From Armatimonadota bacterium (lineage in GTDB: Bacteria > Sysuimicrobiota > Sysuimicrobiia > Sysuimicrobiales > Humicultoraceae), in NCBI GenBank assembly GCA_037446215.1, contig JBBIJB010000059.1, positions 1 through 14,937 on the forward strand: a stretch of DNA of 14,937 nt. Reading direction: 5' to 3'. Shown here one piece after another: positions 10,340-14,937 of the stretch (position 1 is its first letter; each line of letters begins with the position of its first letter). The notes below the pieces were generated by a model. The model was given only the letters and a program-made list of their open reading frames with translations, searched no databases and was not told the origin of the DNA. A program made the translations under genes and the position numbers.

Positions 10340-12571
10340 TTAAACCCTCCGCGTGTGCCCCAGCGGTCCCAGCACCGTTTCCGACGCCCGAAGCAGCTGC
10401 TCGACGTAGTACTCCGCGTCGTAGGCCCAGTCCGCCCCCAGCAGCCCGAGCGGCCGCACGCGATCCTCGGGCAGGTGCGCTCCGGCGTCGGTTATCACGT
10501 ACTGGATCCGCTCGCCCGGATGCAGCCGCACCCCGGCCCGGGCCATCTGGCGGGCGGCAACGGCCACCGCGGCGTTGCTCCTGTACTCCTCCGGCCTGCG
10601 CGAGATCGTCGTGGTTATCGCCAGGTCGCCGGCCCGCGCCTCGCCGCAGCGCAGACGGAGCACGGCCTCCGCGAGGAGTTCCAGCAGGGCCGGTACCCGT
10701 GCGCGCGCCTGCTCGAGCGTCCGCGCGCCGAACAGGATCTCCAGCATCCGGGCCTGGGTGTGCTCGACGACGGCGGGAACATCAGAGCGGCGCACCTCGA
10801 TGCCCCTGACCTTGCTCGTGCCGTCGTCGAAGCGGCCGAGGTACCTGTTGGGCACGCCGATGCCTGGATGCGTGCGCGACGGGAGAAACGCTATCCAGTC
10901 GTAGACGCCCTCGACCAGGATCGGCAGGCCGGTCTCCTGCTCGATGGCGTAGGCGAGGGCCTCGTACTCTTCCCGCGAGGCGCCGGGACGGTGCAGCCAC
11001 ATCGAGTCCACCAGGGCGTGGAGCATGCGATGGCCCCGGGCCTCGGCCACCTCCTTGGCGCGGAGCAGCATCTCGCGCGAGAAGGCGGTCGTGGCCTCGT
11101 GCGCCTCGATGCGGCCGAAGCGGGCGTTGCGGTACCCGAGGTAGCCGAACGAGCAGACCAGGCACCACTTCAGCGCGGTCTGCCGCTGCTGGTATAGGGC
11201 CCGCTCCGCGCCCGAGCTCTCCTGTCTGCGCCGCTTGTAGTAGGCCCGCCTCGCGAGCAGCGGCTCCAGAACCTCGGGCACCAGCCCCTTCCGCCTGCGG
11301 CACAGGCGTGCGCCGGTCTGGGGGACGCGCGGCGCCTCGGGACAACAGGGGCAGTTGACCGTCTCGGGCGAGATGTTGAACCTGGCCATGATCGTGGGGT
11401 ACATCGAGGAGAAGTCGAGCTCGCCCACATGCTCGAAGGCCCCCACTATCGGCTGGTAGGTCAGCCCGCCCTTGTCCGACGCCAGCAGCTCCTCGGCCGA
11501 CTTGAACGCCTCGGGCTCGCTCTTCTGCCAGGGGATCAGCACACCCCGCTCTATAGCCCTGTGCAGCTGCATGGCGCTTATCGCGGTGCCGATGGAGGTG
11601 CGCGCGAGGTACTGCACAGGGAGGCGCGCCTGCCTTGCGATCTCCAGCAGCCCGGCCAGCTCGGACTCGCGATAGATGAACGAGTTGCAGAGGTCGATGT
11701 GCCACCGGCCGCACAGCATCTGCGCCCCGGCGGTGAAGACGGTCTGGCCGTACGTCATGTACGAGCGGGCGCGCCTGGTGCGGAGTTCAACGTGGGTGTC
11801 GCGGTTCCATCGCAGGGGCAGCCCTGCCGCGCGCGCGACTGCCTGCAGCCTAGGGACCAGGAAGCTGTCGCCCCACTCGGTGAGCACGACGTCGGGGTCG
11901 TAGCGCTCGATCAGCCGGTTGAGGCTTAGGATCAGGTCCTCGGCCCGCTCGGCGCACAGCACGACCTCCTCGCCGTCTACCGACGCCACCAGCTCGCTCC
12001 GGCGCCTGTGGGAGGGATCTATGGGATCGCCCTCCAGGCGGAGGCGGAGCGTTGCGAGCGGCGGGAGCGGGTACTCGAGCTCCCCGGGCGCATCCATGGG
12101 CTGGAGGATCTGCACATCGGCTCCTGTCGCATGCGGGCGCATGGATTCCCTGCCCGGGAAGCCGCCAGAGGGGAGGCCTTCCGCCCGGTAGCGCCCCAGC
12201 GGAAACAGTCCTGTCTGCGCGAAGAACAGCTGGGGCAGGCTGAGGTCGCAGTTGAAGAGCCGGGCGCCCCGGACGCGGGAGGCCGCGCGGACCGCCTGAG
12301 CGAAGGCCAGGGGCTGTCGCACCGCAACCAGCAGCACCTCTAGCTCCTTACCGCTGAACAGCTCCTCACGTACCGCCGTCCTCGCTTCGAAAGCGACCTG
12401 CGAGGCCTCCAGCGCCGCCGCCACACGGTCACGGACCGGCCTGGGCCCGGCCGCGTAGAAGATGGGGGCGAAGGCGACGCTCAGGTGCAGCGGCCCTCCC
12501 TCCCCGAGGAGCCAGAGCGCCATCCCGTCTCCGCACGGATAGGCGTCGAACAGCCATCCGGTATATGCCAT
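10340..12571 (-). CDS. Family B DNA polymerase of the archaeal PolB2 (Dpo2-like) type, with degenerate exonuclease (about 743 aa)
   Basis: Motif A DFSSMYPTIM (D at 11414-11416). Motif B ALKWCLVCSFGYLGY instead of KxxxNSxYG. Motif C HALVDS instead of YGDTDS. Also DKGGL, NISPET, FGRIEAHE, NRYLG, KVRGIEVRRSD and thumb motif PGERIQYVI. ATG at 12571 is 1 nt after the upstream gene's stop. Confidence 0.88.
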   Translation of the reverse strand: MAYTGWLFDAYPCGDGMALWLLGEGGPLHLSVAFAPIFYAAGPRPVRDRVAAALEASQVAFEARTAVREELFSGKELEVLLVAVRQPLAFAQAVRAASRVRGARLFNCDLSLPQLFFAQTGLFPLGRYRAEGLPSGGFPGRESMRPHATGADVQILQPMDAPGELEYPLPPLATLRLRLEGDPIDPSHRRRSELVASVDGEEVVLCAERAEDLILSLNRLIERYDPDVVLTEWGDSFLVPRLQAVARAAGLPLRWNRDTHVELRTRRARSYMTYGQTVFTAGAQMLCGRWHIDLCNSFIYRESELAGLLEIARQARLPVQYLARTSIGTAISAMQLHRAIERGVLIPWQKSEPEAFKSAEELLASDKGGLTYQPIVGAFEHVGELDFSSMYPTIMARFNISPETVNCPCCPEAPRVPQTGARLCRRRKGLVPEVLEPLLARRAYYKRRRQESSGAERALYQQRQTALKWCLVCSFGYLGYRNARFGRIEAHEATTAFSREMLLRAKEVAEARGHRMLHALVDSMWLHRPGASREEYEALAYAIEQETGLPILVEGVYDWIAFLPSRTHPGIGVPNRYLGRFDDGTSKVRGIEVRRSDVPAVVEHTQARMLEILFGARTLEQARARVPALLELLAEAVLRLRCGEARAGDLAITTTISRRPEEYRSNAAVAVAARQMARAGVRLHPGERIQYVITDAGAHLPEDRVRPLGLLGADWAYDAEYYVEQLLRASETVLGPLGHTRRV

Positions 12572-12572
12572 C

Positions 12573-12887
12573 TCAATCTGCCGAAGGATCGCCCGCTGCC
12601 GGCAGGGTGCGCACCTCGAGGGGGTCGGCCCCTGGGCTCTCGTGCGCCTCCCGCCGCTCCACGAGGGCATAGAGCTGCTTTGCGATCTCCAGCAGCATCG
12701 CCACCAGGATCGTCTCGAAGGGCACCGGCCGGGACATGTGGGCCGCGGGCGCGGCGTGCTGCCGCGCGGCCGCGAAGAGGCGGTCGAGGATCTCCCGGTC
12801 CTCCCTGCGCAGCGCGCGCCGGAAGGGCGCGAAGCTGGCCTCCTCCTGGGCGACGATCTGCGTCATCGTAGGCACGGTGCGGCCCAT
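12573..12887 (-). CDS. Small alpha-helical PolB2-associated protein (MGRTVP family, arCOG07300-like), 104 aa
   Basis: MGRTVPTMTQIVAQEEASFAPFRRALRREDREILDRLFAAARQH...PFETILVAMLLE. AGGAGGT RBS, and the ATG overlaps the upstream TGA (TGATG). The family name is from memory of PolB2 neighbourhoods, not from a search. Confidence 0.78.
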   Translation of the reverse strand: MGRTVPTMTQIVAQEEASFAPFRRALRREDREILDRLFAAARQHAAPAAHMSRPVPFETILVAMLLEIAKQLYALVERREAHESPGADPLEVRTLPAAGDPSAD

Positions 12888-13522
12888 CAGCGCCACCTCC
12901 TAGCCGCGAGGAGCGCGATCTCTGGCTCCCACAGCCATCTGCCCTGGAAGGGCTTGGAGGCGGTTATCGTCACTGCGCCCTCCTGGGCCTCGACGGTGAG
13001 CGCGCAGGAGGCGGCCTCTGCGAGGCGGCGCTGCAACTGCCCGCGCCCCCGCACGGGCGAGCCGTCCGGGCAGGCCGCTACGACCGGCAGCGGCCCGGCA
13101 GCCAGACGCAGGACGACCCCCAGGATCCGGCGGAGGATGCGTCTCGCCTCCGCGTTTGAGAACTCCTCATCGTAGAGCGGATCCAGCAGCCCTGCCAGGA
13201 GGACCCCGCACGGCCTGTGCGCGGCTATCGCGCCTTCCAGCCGCTCCGCGACCGCGGCCTCGAGCTGGTAGGCCGTGAAGACGCGCGTGATGAGGACGCT
13301 TGCCAACAGCTCATGCGGCCCTCCTCCTGCCCGACGCGACAGGCCGGCAAGCAGGTAGGGATCTATCGCGTTGGCACCGTCTACCACCAGGAGCGGGCGG
13401 GCCGGAGTCGCGGCACGCAGCGCGAGCAGCAGGCCCACCGTCAGGCAGGCCGCATGCCCGCTGACCAGAACGATTTCCCTGCCGGGCAGGGGAAGTTGTG
13501 GCAGCGAGGCTGGCAGGTTCAT
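12887..13522 (-). CDS. RecA/RadA-fold protein lacking a Walker A motif (ImuA-like accessory factor), 211 aa
   Basis: EIVLVSG followed by HAACLT where GxxxxGKT is expected. LLVVDGANAIDPY and VLITRVFTAYQL resemble the RadA-like YID...F and RAFTxxQ segments. The Walker B position reads GVLLAG with no Asp. First gene after the LexA-boxed promoter. Confidence 0.72.
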   Translation of the reverse strand: MNLPASLPQLPLPGREIVLVSGHAACLTVGLLLALRAATPARPLLVVDGANAIDPYLLAGLSRRAGGGPHELLASVLITRVFTAYQLEAAVAERLEGAIAAHRPCGVLLAGLLDPLYDEEFSNAEARRILRRILGVVLRLAAGPLPVVAACPDGSPVRGRGQLQRRLAEAASCALTVEAQEGAVTITASKPFQGRWLWEPEIALLAARRWR

Positions 13523-13558
13523 GGAGACGATCGAGCTCCTCCGTTGCGGCTCATCCCA

Positions 13559-13586
13559 ATTATACGAACGTGTGTTCGTATGTCAA
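13559..13586 (-). promoter_or_regulatory. sigma70/sigmaA promoter of the PolB2 cassette
   Basis: Minus strand reads TTGACA (13586-13581), a 16-nt spacer, then TATAAT (13564-13559), 36 nt upstream of the ATG at 13522. Confidence 0.88.
13562..13581. promoter_or_regulatory. LexA operator (SOS/Cheo box, GAAC-N4-GTTC)
   Basis: Palindrome ATACGAAC-GTGT-GTTCGTAT. The core CGAAC-N4-GTTCG (13565-13578) matches the LexA consensus of Bacillota, Actinomycetota and related phyla, and lies between the -35 and -10 hexamers. Confidence 0.9.
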
Positions 13587-13669
13587 TGCCGAACACCGGA
13601 CCCGGCAGGGTGTCCTGGAGCAGCCCATCGATGAGCAGTTAGTTGAGTTGCAGTGAACTTACAGAGGGA

Positions 13670-14482
13670 CTAGCGCAGACCAAACCGCAGGAACCACTCC
13701 AACAACGCCGGGGCGCGGTGCTGGAACTCGCTCACCAGGCTCAAGACGGGCAACCGGCCGCTTCCTCCGAACAGCCCTGCCAGGATCCTCGCCGGGTCGG
13801 GCACCCCGGCCACCTTCAAGGTCAGGGTGAGGTACAACTCATCGAGCGCATCCGCCTCCAGCAGCCGCCTGTTGAGCGCGGGCCCACCCTCTGCCAGGAT
13901 CCGCGTGAAGCCGCGCGACGCAAGCAACCCGAGCGCTGCCGCCATCTCCACCTCGCCGTCCGGCGTGGCCGGCACGACCCAGGCCTCGGCGCCCGCCTCC
14001 TCCACCCTCCTGAGATCCTCCTCCCTCGCCAGCTCGGTCGTGATCACTATGGACGCGAACTCCCGTCTGGTGAAGAATCGCTTCCGCAGGGCCTCGTCCG
14101 AGAACTCGGCCCGCCGCGTGACGACCACCGCGGCAGGGAGCTCCGGGCGGCCCACCGCCGCCCTCTCGGCCTGGAGATGGGGGTGAACCCCAACCACGAT
14201 GTCGTTGGAGCGCAGGGTCCCGGAGCCGGAGACCACCGCGTCCGCCCACCCGCGCAGGGTCCGGAACAGGTAGTGGTCCACCTCCGAGCCCATACCCCAT
14301 GCCTTTCCGTCGACTGCCACCGCGCCGTCCAGGGTCTGGACCATGTTCAGCGCCACGCGGACGGGCCCGGCCGGGCCGGAGGGTGGGTCGCCCAGGTCGC
14401 GGTAAACCTCGTCGAGCAGAACCTGCCTTGGAAACGGTTCGTGCGCGTGATAGACGAGCGCCAGCGTCTCTGGAAGAGCCAT
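13670..14482 (-). CDS. RibD C-terminal domain / pyrimidine reductase (DHFR-fold) family protein, about 270 aa
   Basis: VALNMVQTLDGAV, GSEVDHYLFRTLRGWADAVVSGSGTLR, VVVTRR, ILAEGGPALN, LDELYLT. No N-terminal deaminase domain. ATG at 14482 follows AGGTGGGGG. Confidence 0.87.
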   Translation of the reverse strand: MALPETLALVYHAHEPFPRQVLLDEVYRDLGDPPSGPAGPVRVALNMVQTLDGAVAVDGKAWGMGSEVDHYLFRTLRGWADAVVSGSGTLRSNDIVVGVHPHLQAERAAVGRPELPAAVVVTRRAEFSDEALRKRFFTRREFASIVITTELAREEDLRRVEEAGAEAWVVPATPDGEVEMAAALGLLASRGFTRILAEGGPALNRRLLEADALDELYLTLTLKVAGVPDPARILAGLFGGSGRLPVLSLVSEFQHRAPALLEWFLRFGLR

Positions 14483-14491
14483 GGCCCCCAC

Positions 14492-14937
14492 CTACCGATC
14501 CACTACCGCGCCGGATCTCACCAGCCGCTGCTGGACCTCGAAGATCAAGTCCTCCCGCCCCGCGAGTCGGTGAGGTGTCGCCCCGTGCCGCACGGCCACC
14601 GCGGCCGCCACGCCGGCCCCCTCGCCCATGGCCATGGTCGTCGGGATCACGCGGGCCGATCCAGCGGCCTGGTAGGTGGCCGAGAACGCCCGGCTGGCGA
14701 TGAGCAGCCCATCCACCCTCGCGGTGACCAGCGACCTCAGCGGGATGGTGTAGTTGTACCGCACCGGGCGATAGGGGTACCTCTCCCCCTTGATGTACTG
14801 GTGCAGGTCGATAGGGTAGGAGGCGGCGGCTATCCGGTCGGGGAATACGCGGCGCTCGACGATGTCGCGGGCGCTCAGCGTGTAGAGCCCCTGGAGGTGG
14901 CGCGTCTCCCGGATGTACAGCTCGGGGGCCAGCTCGA
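14492..14937 (-). CDS. FAD-dependent oxidoreductase (FAD_oxidored family), C-terminal part; starts beyond the right edge
   Basis: The frame is open from the window edge: ELAPELYIRETRHLQGLYTL...ASYPIDLH...YTIPLRSLV...LLIASRAFSATYQAAGSARVIPTTMAMGEGAGVAAA. These are characteristic C-terminal motifs of the family. Confidence 0.88.
   Translation of the reverse strand, partial: ELAPELYIRETRHLQGLYTLSARDIVERRVFPDRIAAASYPIDLHQYIKGERYPYRPVRYNYTIPLRSLVTARVDGLLIASRAFSATYQAAGSARVIPTTMAMGEGAGVAAAVAVRHGATPHRLAGREDLIFEVQQRLVRSGAVVDR

Noticed and set aside
10340..12571. Calling the polymerase ordinary DNA polymerase II (polB) or a phage/plasmid replicase
   Set aside because: It lacks YGDTDS, KxxxNSxYG and intact Exo motifs. 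No phage, primase, integrase or terminal-repeat features lie nearby.
12572..12670. N-terminal extension of the polymerase given by the ORF track
   Set aside because: It overlaps the MGRTVP gene. The ATG at 12571, directly after that gene's stop, fits better.
13593..13618. Intrinsic terminator after the RibD-like gene
   Set aside because: Only weak pairing (ACACC...GGTGT) and no U-tract on either strand.

Overview
GC-rich bacterial window (roughly 70% GC by eye), nearly all genes on the minus strand. The left part is a housekeeping operon driven by a consensus sigma70 promoter at 9185-9214: secD, secF, a LapA/DUF1049-like small membrane protein, a long recJ, a long RelA/SpoT homologue, and a PLP aminotransferase that runs off the left edge. 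The recJ is fused to a HIRAN domain and a degenerate RecQ-like helicase region. The most notable element is a three-gene cassette at 10340-13586: a P-loop-less RecA/RadA-fold protein, a 104-aa 'MGRTVP' helical protein, and an archaeal-PolB2-type family B DNA polymerase with a degenerate proofreading domain. It is preceded by a TTGACA-N16-TATAAT promoter whose spacer holds a perfect Gram-positive-type LexA box (CGAAC-GTGT-GTTCG). This looks like an SOS-inducible mutasome analogous to imuA-imuB-dnaE2 but built on PolB2. A DUF72 gene converges on its 3' end. The right edge holds a RibD-C/pyrimidine reductase family gene and the C-terminal part of an FAD-dependent oxidoreductase. All calls come from reading motifs by eye; no searches were run.
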